Made by a program: the position numbers and the translations under genes. The notes beneath the pieces are model-generated. The model was not told the origin of the DNA. It saw only the letters and a program-made list of their open reading frames with translations, and did not search any database. A stretch of 63,882 bases of DNA, the filler included, from Stramenopiles sp. TOSAG23-2 (lineage: Eukaryota): NCBI GenBank assembly GCA_900128395.1. It is 13 parts of 13 records of this genome, joined end to end, with 100 filler letters (N's around TTAATTAATTAA, not from the genome) between each part and the next. Parts side by side here need not be neighbours in the genome. Positions count along the whole stretch, not along the records: positions 44,349 to 49,160 come from LT650807.1; positions 49,261 to 54,070 come from LT650808.1; positions 54,171 to 58,976 come from LT650809.1; 10 more parts are not named here. One strand, 5' to 3'. This document shows, in pieces, positions 47,669 to 58,561 of the stretch (position 1 is the stretch's first letter; each line of letters starts with the position of its first letter).

Positions 47669-47944
47669 TTATTTTTTGGATAACGGTTGTTGCTTTTGCA
47701 CTTCTTTTGTTTTTTTATTATTATTGCGTACAGGTGAAACTTCTGGTGATGATAATAAATCTTCATCTTCAGCAGTAAATTTATTTAATAATTGATTCAT
47801 TTTATCTAACGAATCATCCATACCTGTTATTTCTCGTTGTTTCCATACTTGTTTCAATTCCGATGCAGATGGTTCATATGGCGTTAGTTTTTTTTTATGA
47901 TTTCTTCGCCGGTTTTTGTTGTTATTATTAATACGAGAGCTCAT
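47669..47944 (-). CDS. Small hypothetical protein
   Basis: 91-aa ATG ORF with protein-like composition; no recognisable domain. Confidence 0.45.
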   Translation of the reverse strand: MSSRINNNNKNRRRNHKKKLTPYEPSASELKQVWKQREITGMDDSLDKMNQLLNKFTAEDEDLLSSPEVSPVRNNNKKTKEVQKQQPLSKK

Positions 47945-48294
47945 TATGAATAAATATTAAGAAGAAGTTGTTTGTTGTTGTTAAAAATGTATCTATATAA
48001 TATTGAGATTTAATGTCCGTATAATCCTATATCTAAAAAAACTTAAAAACTGTTATATCAAATAATATATATACGTACACCTACACCTACAAGATAATAA
48101 TATCTCTGTACATACATATACACAATATACACAATAATCTCTATATGTAGATTAGCATCAGATCAAATACCAAATCCCATCCAACTTGCCAATATATATA
48201 TGGTTTATATTTCTATTTTACATGCAATTAAAAGTGCGCAATCGGGCAATAAATTGGATGGGCTCTCTCCTCTAACGTTATTGAACCACTTTAT

Positions 48295-48423
48295 ATTAGC
48301 AGGTGCATAGGATGGGATATCCATGAGTGCTATCTCCATACTATTGTATTAGCAGGTGCATAGGGTGGGGATATCCATGAGTGCTATCTTCATACTATTG
48401 TATTAGCAGGTGCATAGTGTGGG
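48295..48423. repeat. ~54-bp tandem repeat, 2.3 copies, each able to form a hairpin
   Basis: TATTAGCAGGTGCATAG occurs three times; TAGGGTGGGGATA/TATCTTCATACTA stem. Confidence 0.8.
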
Positions 48424-48590
48424 GAATCAATAGAAATCATTTTTGCATTTTTGTTGACAATAATATTCTATAGAAATATAGGCGGAAGCTAATTTTTATG
48501 ACAACCTCTTCTTCTGTTGATGAAAAATGGGCATATTAATATATAAGAGATGAAAAAAAAGATTTTAAAATGTATTTACATATATTTTTA

Positions 48591-49160
48591 TTATTTATCG
48601 TCGCGCCCATCATCAACCAAATTCTTCTCGTTATTTATTTTCATGCGCTGAATCTCCATTTTACGTTTTTCCAAGCGTATAGTTGATTGGCGCCGCTCAT
48701 TTACGATTTGTTTCTGCAATAGTTCTTCATCAAATTTCTCTTTTGCAAACAATTTTGATGTTAAACTAGGTTTTTTTTCCAGTTTCATCGGAGTTACTTT
48801 TGCTCGTCTTAAAGAACTCAATTTACTTTTTATGACATCCATTTGTTTTTGCCCAAGGGATGATGAGTAATTGTATAATACGGCAATTTTACCGAAAAAA
48901 AATGCTGCAAAAGATATCATACCACCAAACGCACTATAAAAAGTGGTCCAAGTAGAAATCACACCAGTCTCCTCTATAGCAGATGAACTACTGCGAACAT
49001 AAAATTTCATAAATCCTCGGCTGTGTTTGTATGGTTTTACTCCAACCCGCACAGTATGTTTTTCATACATGCTAAACTTCACGTTGTTTGATACATTCCC
49101 AATCTCAAAGAAATCTTTCCGCGTATAACTGTTAGGTTGAAAGTATACCTCTACCCCGAC
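48591..49160 (-). CDS. 3' fragment of a membrane protein
   Basis: One TM segment (FYSAFGGMISFAAFFFG) and a charged tail; lies near the contig edge. Confidence 0.55.
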   Translation of the reverse strand, partial: VGVEVYFQPNSYTRKDFFEIGNVSNNVKFSMYEKHTVRVGVKPYKHSRGFMKFYVRSSSSAIEETGVISTWTTFYSAFGGMISFAAFFFGKIAVLYNYSSSLGQKQMDVIKSKLSSLRRAKVTPMKLEKKPSLTSKLFAKEKFDEELLQKQIVNERRQSTIRLEKRKMEIQRMKINNEKNLVDDGRDDK

Positions 49161-49260
49161 NNNNNNNNNNNNNNNNNNNNNNNNNNNNNNNNNNNNNNNN
49201 NNNNTTAATTAATTAANNNNNNNNNNNNNNNNNNNNNNNNNNNNNNNNNNNNNNNNNNNN

Positions 49261-50300
49261 TTTTGCCATAAACGTGAGTTTTTGATAGATAAATCGTTAT
49301 GTTTTTCTTTTTGTGCAGTTAATTCTTTTTTAAATTTTGCTAATTCAATTTGAATTTCTGGATTGAAACATTTAGTGTGATTATTGTCTGTTATAAATGG
49401 TCTTATACAATCTTTACATTTGCCTGTGCCAACTATTTTGTATGTATTACCTTGGCATTTTATACACATGTTTTTTGCTTTGCATATGCAAGTTTCATTG
49501 CGTCCGCATGTTTTTTTGGAATTGAGATTTGAATTAAAACAATATTTGTTGTTGTATTTGTTTTGAAAACATCCAGGTGGCCGATAACTGAAACTATGTG
49601 CGGTACTATATCCGGTATTATCATCTACGTTCGTCTTCTTATTATGCATAGCTGCTGCTTTGCAATCTTCTTCAGTTGTTATTTTATGAATACATTGACC
49701 AGATGTACGTTTTGGTATTGTGTCGCTTATATTATTATATCCAAAACCAGCATCACAATATATTTCATCTTTTTTTTCTGAACATACATTAATAGAATGA
49801 TATGTATCTATATTTGAAGGTGTATATGGTGCATAAATTGGACATGGTGTACATGTTGGGCTGATACCACCTTCACTATATGTATTGATTGGGCATTTAC
49901 TACATGTTTTTGATTTGCATATACATTTCATACTATTACTACATCTCTTTTTTGATTTTGTGTTGATATTCCAGATATATTTCTTAAATAAACCACTAAT
50001 ATAATAACATCCAGGTGGATGATGCGAATAACTAAATCGGCCTCCAAATCCTCTATTTTTATGAATATTATTCTTACTATTATATTCAGCTGCTAATTGA
50101 CATTCTTCTGCTGTTGTTATTTTAGATATACCACTACATTGCGAACCAGATGTACGAATATCTGTTGGTAGCGTACCGTAACCAGCTTTGCAAGTAAGAT
50201 CCTTTTCACCACGAACAACAAATATCAGCATATACTGCAAGATTAGCAATAACATAACTATATTGATGACGTTCATTTTCATACATAAACTTAAATTCAT
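49261..50300 (-). CDS. 3'-truncated tandem paralogue of the 820-aa secreted Cys-rich protein
   Basis: Identical to 51360-53822 in the 5' part, diverged in about 49261-49605 (e.g. HSFSYR vs LSVSYW). Confidence 0.7.
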
Positions 50301-51359
50301 TTTGTCAATTTGTAAATCAAATGTATAAATACGCAGTGTCTTTAATTGTTTAATAATTTTTTTTGGTTAAATTGTTTTTTGTTATGATTACAATAATAAT
50401 AATAATAATCAACTTTAGTTTCTTTTTATTTTTTTGTTTTTTGCTTTTGTATATGTATATACTTCTTTACTACTTTACTAATACTAGTGAATATCTCTTG
50501 TGGTCTTGTAAAATTATAGCAGGTAAATATAGGATTTAACATTAAACATAGTTCAGTCTAACACAGTGCTTCTATGCTCTCTATCTCCCCCCTTTTTTTT
50601 AACAGTGTTATCAGTAACCCTGAAAGGATTCTGCACTTCGCAGAGGCATTTCCTGATCCAAATCTACTCGATCCCCTCCCTCATCTTCGCCTGCTACAGC
50701 CCACAATTAGGAATTCTGAGCCCAGTCCAAATCTTCGTTTTCCCAGGAAAGCATAATCAGAGAGGGAGCGAGGAGCGAGACTACAGTAATATTTGGTTAA
50801 TCGAGGTTTCTTTTTTATTTTTTGTAATTTTGCCCGATGATAAACCTCAAAAAACCAAACACATTAAGTATTGATTTAGTATACCATTTATAAAATATTT
50901 GATAGATATATGTTGGATAATATCATAAAATCCAAAAATGGCCAATGTTAATTTGATGAAAATACAGAATATCCGATTTTATATATTATTCCATATCTAC
51001 CAGCAAAAACTATATTACGTATATATTTTTGTATACTGATATTTCTATCAATGTGATTTTTTGGGTCAAATAGCAATATTAGTATACAAAAATATATACT
51101 TAATATGTAGCTAACTGGTATAGCCATGAGCATGCTGGAATGCCTCGGAATACCTGGTGATAAAAATATTTATTTTTTCTTTGCAGTTGATGAAAAACGG
51201 ACATCAAAGGAAGGCGGAGAGAGAATAAATTTTGTATTTTTATGCACGCATACTTTAAATTATGTGAAAATATAAAAAAATACATATGGTCATACTCGTA
51301 ATTGCAAATTGCATTTATAAAATTCTAATGATATCATACACTTAATCATATCATATTTC

Positions 51360-53822
51360 TTAACAACTTCCTTGACGCCTATTCAACAACTTCCTCCTCC
51401 TCCCCAGATCGTAAGAACTCTTCACGTCGTATTGCGTTCCCGTCAACACCACGTTTTTGGAATAATGTTTGTCGTGTTTGTCTTTTAATTTTGTCAATTT
51501 GTTTTCACAGCCGTCATACGTTTTACATGTTGTGAAATCGTGGTAATCATTACAACAATTTGTGGTATCAACATATGCTTTTACTTTGACTTTTGCCCCA
51601 ATTAAATATTGTTTCCTTTTACAATACGGCAATTCACTTTGTAAATACCCATTCTCATCTTGTGTATTCAAATTTACTACAGCAACCCATTCTGTTTCGT
51701 TGCCTAACATATCCATCGCGACCTGCTGAATGGAAATATCGTTCGCGGTGAACAATGGCGCAGGGCAAGAACTATCTGTTACCTCGTACCGCAGCTGTTC
51801 AGATAAGCGAAACATCTGTTTATCATTATAAGAAATACCATTTTTTAAATAATGGACCGCCACATTTTTTATGTTTGTATCACTTAAATCCAAATGGTTG
51901 TATCCATGACAAAACTCCGTTTTCTTCTGCTTCAGCTTCGATGACACCCATTTCGAACCACTTGTGCATTTTACATCTACTGCTTTTGGCACTGGTTTCA
52001 TTTGCATCATGTTTTGTATATTGTTTTTCCCTATGCGTTTGACAGCTGAACGTTTACGTAACGATTTCTCCATGGTTTCTAAAAACGATGAGGTCTGGAT
52101 TTTCATTGGTTGCATGTACAAACTTTTAATCAAATTATAAAAGCTCTTCATTGCATGCTTGTATGGTATAAACAATTCACACAATTTATTTTCGGCATTT
52201 CCGGGTGCATCCACAATTCGTGGGCCGCATAACGACACCTCATTAAAGAAAGTCTTAATCAAGCTTTTTGCATTTTTCTTCTTACTCATACGAACTGATG
52301 AAAGAGAATCCAATAACTTCATCATACCTTCATGTAAATAACCATTACGTTTAATCGTATCCGTCACTTCTACGTATAAATTATGACGACTATAATTACC
52401 ACCAGATGACAATGCAAATGGTATAATTTCACCCCGATTTAAATCACCAGACGGGTCTTTACATACTTCTAATGTTGTATCACGTCTTTCTTTACAACAA
52501 ATATTTGGCCAAAATGATTTTGCTTCTTTATCATCAATAGATTGTATTTTAAACAATTTATCTAAATCAGATGTAAATGAACAAAACGATTTTAATAATT
52601 CATCACGATTTGTATCAATACATGTTGTATCTTCAATTTTTTCAATTTCATTTGATATTTCAATCGCAGGGAAGATTATTGTACCATCCTTTCGCTCTTG
52701 TTCACAAAAATCTTTTTCATTTTTATTGTCGTCTGATTTACGTTCTTGCATTAATTTATCATGTTGTAAACGTATTTGTTCTTTTTGCCATAAACGTGAA
52801 TTTTTGATAGATAAATCATTTTGTTTTTCTTTTTGTGCAGTTAATTGTTTTTTAAATTTTGCTAATTCAATTTCAATTTCTGGATTGAAACATTTGGTAT
52901 GTAATTTGTCTGTTATAAAAGGTTTTATACAATCTTCACATTTGCCTGTGCCAGCTATTTTGTATGTATTACCTTGGCATTTTATACACATGTTTTTTGG
53001 TTTGCATATGCAAGGTTCCTTGCGTCCGCATGTTTTTTTGGAATTGAGATTTGAATTAAAACAATATTTGTTGTTGTATGTGTTTTGATAACATCCAGGT
53101 GGCCAATAACTGACACTAAGTGCGGTACTATATCCGGTATTATCATCTACGTTCGTCTTCTTATTATGCATAGCTGCTGCTTTGCAATCTTCTTCAGTTG
53201 TTATTTTATGAATACATTGACCAGATGTACGTTTTGGTATTGTGTCGCTTATATTATTATATCCAAAACCAGCATCACAATATATTTCATCTTTTTTTTC
53301 TGAACATACATTAATAGAATGATATGTATCTATATTTGAAGGTGTATATGGTGCATAAATTGGACATGGTGTACATGTTGGGCTGATACCACCTTCACTA
53401 TATGTATTGATTGGGCATTTACTACATGTTTTTGATTTGCATATACATTTCATACTATTACTACATCTCTTTTTTGATTTTGTGTTGATATTCCAGATAT
53501 ATTTCTTAAATAAACCACTAATATAATAACATCCAGGTGGATGATGCGAATAACTAAATCGGCCTCCAAATCCTCTATTTTTATGAATATTATTCTTACT
53601 ATTATATTCAGCTGCTAATTGACATTCTTCTGCTGTTGTTATTTTAGATATACCACTACATTGCGAACCAGATGTACGAATATCTGTTGGTAGCGTACCG
53701 TAACCAGCTTTGCAAGTAAGATCCTTTTCACCACGAACAACAAATATCAGCATATACTGCAAGATTAGCAATAACATAACTATATTGATGACGTTCATTT
53801 TCATACATAAACTTAAATTCAT
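51360..53822 (-). CDS. Secreted Cys-rich protein, 820 aa, with two internal ~95-aa repeats
   Basis: Signal peptide; RTSG..C..KITT.E.C..AA...PPGCY...CICK twice; C-terminal GRRRKLL. Confidence 0.8.
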   Translation of the reverse strand: MNLSLCMKMNVINIVMLLLILQYMLIFVVRGEKDLTCKAGYGTLPTDIRTSGSQCSGISKITTAEECQLAAEYNSKNNIHKNRGFGGRFSYSHHPPGCYYISGLFKKYIWNINTKSKKRCSNSMKCICKSKTCSKCPINTYSEGGISPTCTPCPIYAPYTPSNIDTYHSINVCSEKKDEIYCDAGFGYNNISDTIPKRTSGQCIHKITTEEDCKAAAMHNKKTNVDDNTGYSTALSVSYWPPGCYQNTYNNKYCFNSNLNSKKTCGRKEPCICKPKNMCIKCQGNTYKIAGTGKCEDCIKPFITDKLHTKCFNPEIEIELAKFKKQLTAQKEKQNDLSIKNSRLWQKEQIRLQHDKLMQERKSDDNKNEKDFCEQERKDGTIIFPAIEISNEIEKIEDTTCIDTNRDELLKSFCSFTSDLDKLFKIQSIDDKEAKSFWPNICCKERRDTTLEVCKDPSGDLNRGEIIPFALSSGGNYSRHNLYVEVTDTIKRNGYLHEGMMKLLDSLSSVRMSKKKNAKSLIKTFFNEVSLCGPRIVDAPGNAENKLCELFIPYKHAMKSFYNLIKSLYMQPMKIQTSSFLETMEKSLRKRSAVKRIGKNNIQNMMQMKPVPKAVDVKCTSGSKWVSSKLKQKKTEFCHGYNHLDLSDTNIKNVAVHYLKNGISYNDKQMFRLSEQLRYEVTDSSCPAPLFTANDISIQQVAMDMLGNETEWVAVVNLNTQDENGYLQSELPYCKRKQYLIGAKVKVKAYVDTTNCCNDYHDFTTCKTYDGCENKLTKLKDKHDKHYSKNVVLTGTQYDVKSSYDLGRRRKLLNRRQGSC

Positions 53823-54170
53823 TTTGTCAATTTGTAAATCAAATGTATAAATACGCAGTGTCTTTAATTGTTTAATAATTTTTTTTGGTTAAATTGTTTT
53901 TTGTTGTGATTACAATAATAATAATAATAATCAACTTTAGTTTCTTTTTATTTTTTTGTTTTTTGCTTTTGTATATGTATATACTTCTTTACTACTTTAC
54001 TAATACTAGTGAATATCTCTTGTGGTCTTGTAAAATTATAGCAGGTAAATATAGGATTTAACATTAAACANNNNNNNNNNNNNNNNNNNNNNNNNNNNNN
54101 NNNNNNNNNNNNNNTTAATTAATTAANNNNNNNNNNNNNNNNNNNNNNNNNNNNNNNNNNNNNNNNNNNN

Positions 54171-54320
54171 GGCATTCTGGCATTCCAGCATTCCTGGCAT
54201 TCCAGCATTCCTGGCATTCCAGGCATTCGGCATTCCAGGCATTCACTCCAGCACTCCAGCACTCCTGGCACTCCAGCATTCCAGCATTCACTCCAGCACT
54301 CCACAGCACTCTCCCAGCAC
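54171..54320. repeat. 8-bp simple repeat (GCATTCCA/GCACTCCA) at contig edge
   Basis: Direct reading. Confidence 0.85.
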
Positions 54321-54912
54321 CAGTACAGTATGTAAATATCTACTGTCTGGGCTGTGTATGGTAATACCATATAATAACATAATAATTCCTTAAATGGAAA
54401 ATGCTTGAATTTGATTACTTTTGATAGCTGCGAAGATTGGATTTTACAGTAGTTCCGTTCACTGGAAAGGATATTCTAATGCCCTAATTTATTATGTCAC
54501 ATAGGTAAACAACTAGCTAGACTATACATTATATACTGTAGCTATAACCAGGCCCTATTACGTGGTGAGCTTCTTGGTTTATTCAATGTGCATATTTATG
54601 ATGTGCCTAAATGTGCATAAATTGGTTTGTAATATTAGAAATATATATTTATAGAAAAAATATAACAGATATACATTGGTATATACATAGAAATATAGTT
54701 GAAAAATATATAAGAAGATTTTGGTATTAAATTGATATATATATACACAGATAAACGTATTGAATATATATATATATTTGTTCTAGGTCAGATAAGTTTG
54801 ATAAAATTGTGATTCATATTATATATATCGATATATAATTATTAATTATACCGTGTAAAATAATATATTATTATTATTATTAATAATAGTCTAAAATAAT
54901 AATAATAATACA

Positions 54913-55971
54913 ATGATGATGATGATGAGTGGAAATAATAATAATAATGGTGCAAATACCTCAAGCACAACAACGACCACAACAATGAATGATAACAATA
55001 ATATGCCACAAATGCCAGATATGTCCATGATGGCAAATATGATGAGTGGTGCTGGAATGAATCCTGAAGATATGGTACAAATGATGTCATCTATGTCCCC
55101 AAATATGCTCCAAAATAGCGGAATGATGCTGATGAACCCAGCTGATATGATGAATTCAATGAATCCCGAATTAATGCAAGCAATGACGACCCCCGAAGGC
55201 ATGCAGCAAATGCAGCAAATGCAACAATTTATGATGCAGCAAATGGGTGCTGCAACTGGGATAGGCGACTCTAATCCAGGTCAATGGTTTAATGCAGCTG
55301 CAAGACAAATGTTGCCAGGAACAGGAACAAACTCAGAGGAAGAACCAATGTATGTGAATGCTAAACAATATAAACGTATATTGTTACGCAGAGAAGCACG
55401 TGCGAAATTAGAAGCAAAATTTAAGCTGACTCGTGGAAGAAAAAAATATTTACATGAATCAAGGCATCAACATGCATGTAGAAGACGTAGAGGACCAGGT
55501 GGTAGATTTTTAACACAAGAAGAAATGAAAAAAATATTGGAAGAAGAGGAATTAGCTAGAAAATCGGAAGCTAATAGTAAGAATAACAAGAAGGACGATG
55601 ATAATAATAACAAAGAAAGTAGTAGTAGTAATAAGAATAAGAATAATAAAAACAAGGATGATTACGACAGGATTAATAATAATAATAGTAATAATAATAA
55701 TAATGACCACAATTCAACACCACCAACCAGTTCTCCGATGAAAGCTGAGGTAGATAGTAGTAGTGGTAGTAATAGAAAGAGTAAGCGAAAAAACAGCCCG
55801 AAAAAAAATATTAATAGTCCAATAATGGTAACTCCAGAAACTAATAACAAACGAACTTCTAAGCGATTTACTAGAAGTAATAGTGGCAGTAGTGTTGATT
55901 CATCAACTACATCATCATCACAACGTCCATTAAAAAAGTCAAAACGTACTCATACTCCCAGAAGAAGATAA
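54913..55971 (+). CDS. NFYA: Nuclear transcription factor Y subunit A (HAP2/CBF-B)
   Basis: [25 protein letters not shown]...[22 protein letters not shown]. Confidence 0.95.
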   Translation: MMMMMSGNNNNNGANTSSTTTTTTMNDNNNMPQMPDMSMMANMMSGAGMNPEDMVQMMSSMSPNMLQNSGMMLMNPADMMNSMNPELMQAMTTPEGMQQMQQMQQFMMQQMGAATGIGDSNPGQWFNAAARQMLPGTGTNSEEEPMYVNAKQYKRILLRREARAKLEAKFKLTRGRKKYLHESRHQHACRRRRGPGGRFLTQEEMKKILEEEELARKSEANSKNNKKDDDNNNKESSSSNKNKNNKNKDDYDRINNNNSNNNNNDHNSTPPTSSPMKAEVDSSSGSNRKSKRKNSPKKNINSPIMVTPETNNKRTSKRFTRSNSGSSVDSSTTSSSQRPLKKSKRTHTPRRR

Positions 55972-56630
55972 AATGTATGTGTATATATATATATATATAC
56001 TTATTTAATTAATGCATAATTTATTTTTTAATTTACTCATGATAATTCCTACTCTCCAGAAAGAATACAATAACTGAGACAAATCTATCTCACTAAACTG
56101 AAAGATATATATAAATAATAAAAGTACGCGCGTATGATATTTTCATTTTTACGAAGAGTATTATTTTTTAAAAACTCTTTTATATTGTATTCTCAAGATT
56201 TATATAAAAAATCTTATGCATACAAACGTAGATTTTAACCATCTTTATTTTAATATATATATACTTCGTATATATATCTAGAATATAAAATATAATTTAT
56301 TTTTAATGTACGTAAGTATATATAAAATTTTCTATTACTCATATATTATATAAATTTCTTTTACTCCCGTTCATTAACATCTCAAATCAAAAATGATTTA
56401 TCTTATATATATATATTAAAATAATTTTACTTTCCCATTGGTAAAAATATTATGCTCAATACTCTATCTCAAGGGGAATAATATTCAATCCTACGAAGTA
56501 CTATGTAAAACTAAAGCTCTAACGCAGATATACATATATATGTATAAAAGTGTCTCACATACGAAGCTTCGTCGTATTAAAAACCAAATATGATTTTGCT
56601 TTTGCGTGCCGGGGGGGAATCACTCAGTTT

Positions 56631-56690
56631 GATAAGATCGAAAACTATTTCGTATATTTGTTATTTCCTAAATAGTTTTGTCATTTCTTT
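56631..56690 (-). promoter_or_regulatory. Eukaryotic SECIS element in the 3' UTR of the PrdB/GrdB-like gene
   Basis: Minus strand: AAGAA-AUGAC-AAAACUAUUU-AG-GAAAUAACAAAUAUA-CG-AAAUAGUUUU-CGAU-CUU. AUGA/GA core, perfect 10-bp helix II, unpaired apical As. Confidence 0.88.
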
Positions 56691-56791
56691 TTTCTTTTTT
56701 TGGTTCATATTCTTGTGTTATATATTTTTTGTGTTCTATGAATATATTCAAACATAAATAACCATTCACATGTATATATATATATATAAAT

Positions 56792-57939
56792 TTACATCCT
56801 CGCTTGATTGTAATATTTATTTTGTCGGATTGCTTCTGGTGATACAATACCTTCTGCGTCTTGACCATAATGGCCAATTGCTAAAGCCATGTCATCCTCT
56901 GATTGATAAACACGTTTTCTAACGCGTTTTGGTCTTATTGCTGCTCTTGAATTACCAACTTCAAATACATCATTAACAGTATCAGCCCAATCAACATCCA
57001 ATACGTTTACTTGTCCAGGTTTGTTGAAACTATGAAAACCACGAAGAGCAGCATAAACAACATGTTTTTGATCTTCTACATCAAATGGTTTACCACTGTG
57101 GGGCGTATATGAATGAGTGATGTGTTAGAAAGGATATCCTTCTTAGGTTTAGGGGAATAGAATTTTACGTACGCTTGATGGCCTAGAGGGTAGTTCACAA
57201 ACGAGATACGTGGAGCCCATGCATGGCTTAATATATCAAATGCACTACCTAATAACATTGTTGGAATACCAGCTTCTTCTAACCCCCTTGCAATTAGAGA
57301 ACTGGTTTGATGACATAAAGGTCACATAGCTACTACTAAACAAACATCTGGTTGTTCAGCTTGAATTGCTTTTGTAACATTTGGAATTAAATTTTTTGTA
57401 ACTTTTTTTACAGAATAACATGCACCCATAACACTAAAAAAGTTTTTTGTTAAACTTCCAATTAAATGATCTTCGTGTAATGCTGATCGTAATGTATCAA
57501 TTGGAAATATGCAATTTGGATCACGTCTACCATCTGTTAAATAATTTTCCGTGAAATGACTAAAACGTAAGTCAGTAGTAGGTGTATTACTTGGTATGAC
57601 TCGATACGTATCATCATCTTTGTATTTATATGCAAGATCACCCTTAACATGGCAACCCGAAGTGGAAATTAATGTAACTTTGCATTGAGACAATGGTTTT
57701 TCGACTTTAACAAACTTTGGCGGTGTTTCTGAATTTACCCATCCATATGGACGTAAATTGGGATTACCTGCTGCTATATCTGGTATCCAATTTTTACAAG
57801 TATCACAATTTGTTGGTTGTGAAGTAACAGAACGTATTGATTCTCGAAGGCCAGGGACAATTACTTCTCTTTTTTCTTTATACCCTCTATCTACTGGTAA
57901 TTTTGATCCAGAAAAATATGGTGGATATGTCGATGTCAT
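56792..57939 (-). CDS. PrdB/GrdB-like (proline/glycine reductase selenoprotein B family) selenoprotein, 356 aa, Sec206; exons 57939-57173 and 57095-56792
   Basis: KPLSQCKVTLISTSG...DPNCIFPIDTLR...DVCLVVAM-UGA-PLCHQTSSLIARGLEEAGIPT...PLGHQAGKPFD. Family similarity continues through the UGA at 57322-57324. 77-nt GTACGT...CTAAC...CAG intron; SECIS downstream. Confidence 0.9.
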
Positions 57940-58561
57940 GGTGGCGTTATACTTTTGTATATGTAGTATAGCAACTCTGATATAGCTTCTTTAAGCTGTA
58001 CATTAATTTTCTATATTTCAATTTATTAATGTTTAGCAACTACTTTGTATGTATGCCAGGTACTAGTATGCGCGTTCGACGGAGGAGTTGTAAGTAATTT
58101 AATAAGGGGACGAAAAAAAGCCTGGATATAGAATAGCATGAACATAGCTAGCTAGTACGAATTAACATGGTCATAGCATGGTTCATCTTACCCTAATCCT
58201 AACCATAACTATTTTCAAAAAGATAAAACGTCTTTGCATTTATTATTAGCAGCCGCCTGGTTTTATTTTGTCGGCTTTTCTCCACACTAAAAACTGTAAT
58301 ATGAATAACATGACACAGCATTACCAAGATTAAGTTTAACGAATAACGATAAAAGTGATTCGGATGTTGTATTTTTAGATCTAAAAAATACAACTAAATA
58401 CTATTGGAAACATAGATTGATTATTAGGTACAGAAAAAATAAATAAAAATATAATTAAAAATAATGCAACAACACACAAGAAACATATAACAAAACAAAA
58501 GTACAAAAACAAACAAACACACACAGAACATAATAATAATAATAATAATAGCAAAGCAATC

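Noticed and set aside
48295-48423. Mini-CRISPR
   Set aside because: The intervening sequences are near-identical, so this is a tandem repeat.
50545-50562. RNase P RNA CR-V-like motif ACATAGTTCAGTCTA
   Set aside because: No matching CR-I/P4 partner upstream, and that region is AT-rich gene flank.
54171-54320. Telomeric repeat, or ORFs 54115-54370 and 39469-39736
   Set aside because: Degenerate 8-mers unlike a homogeneous telomere tract; the ORFs are translations of simple repeats.
57322-57324. UGA as a true stop or pseudogene lesion
   Set aside because: It sits at the family's catalytic Sec position, the downstream frame is intact and a SECIS follows.
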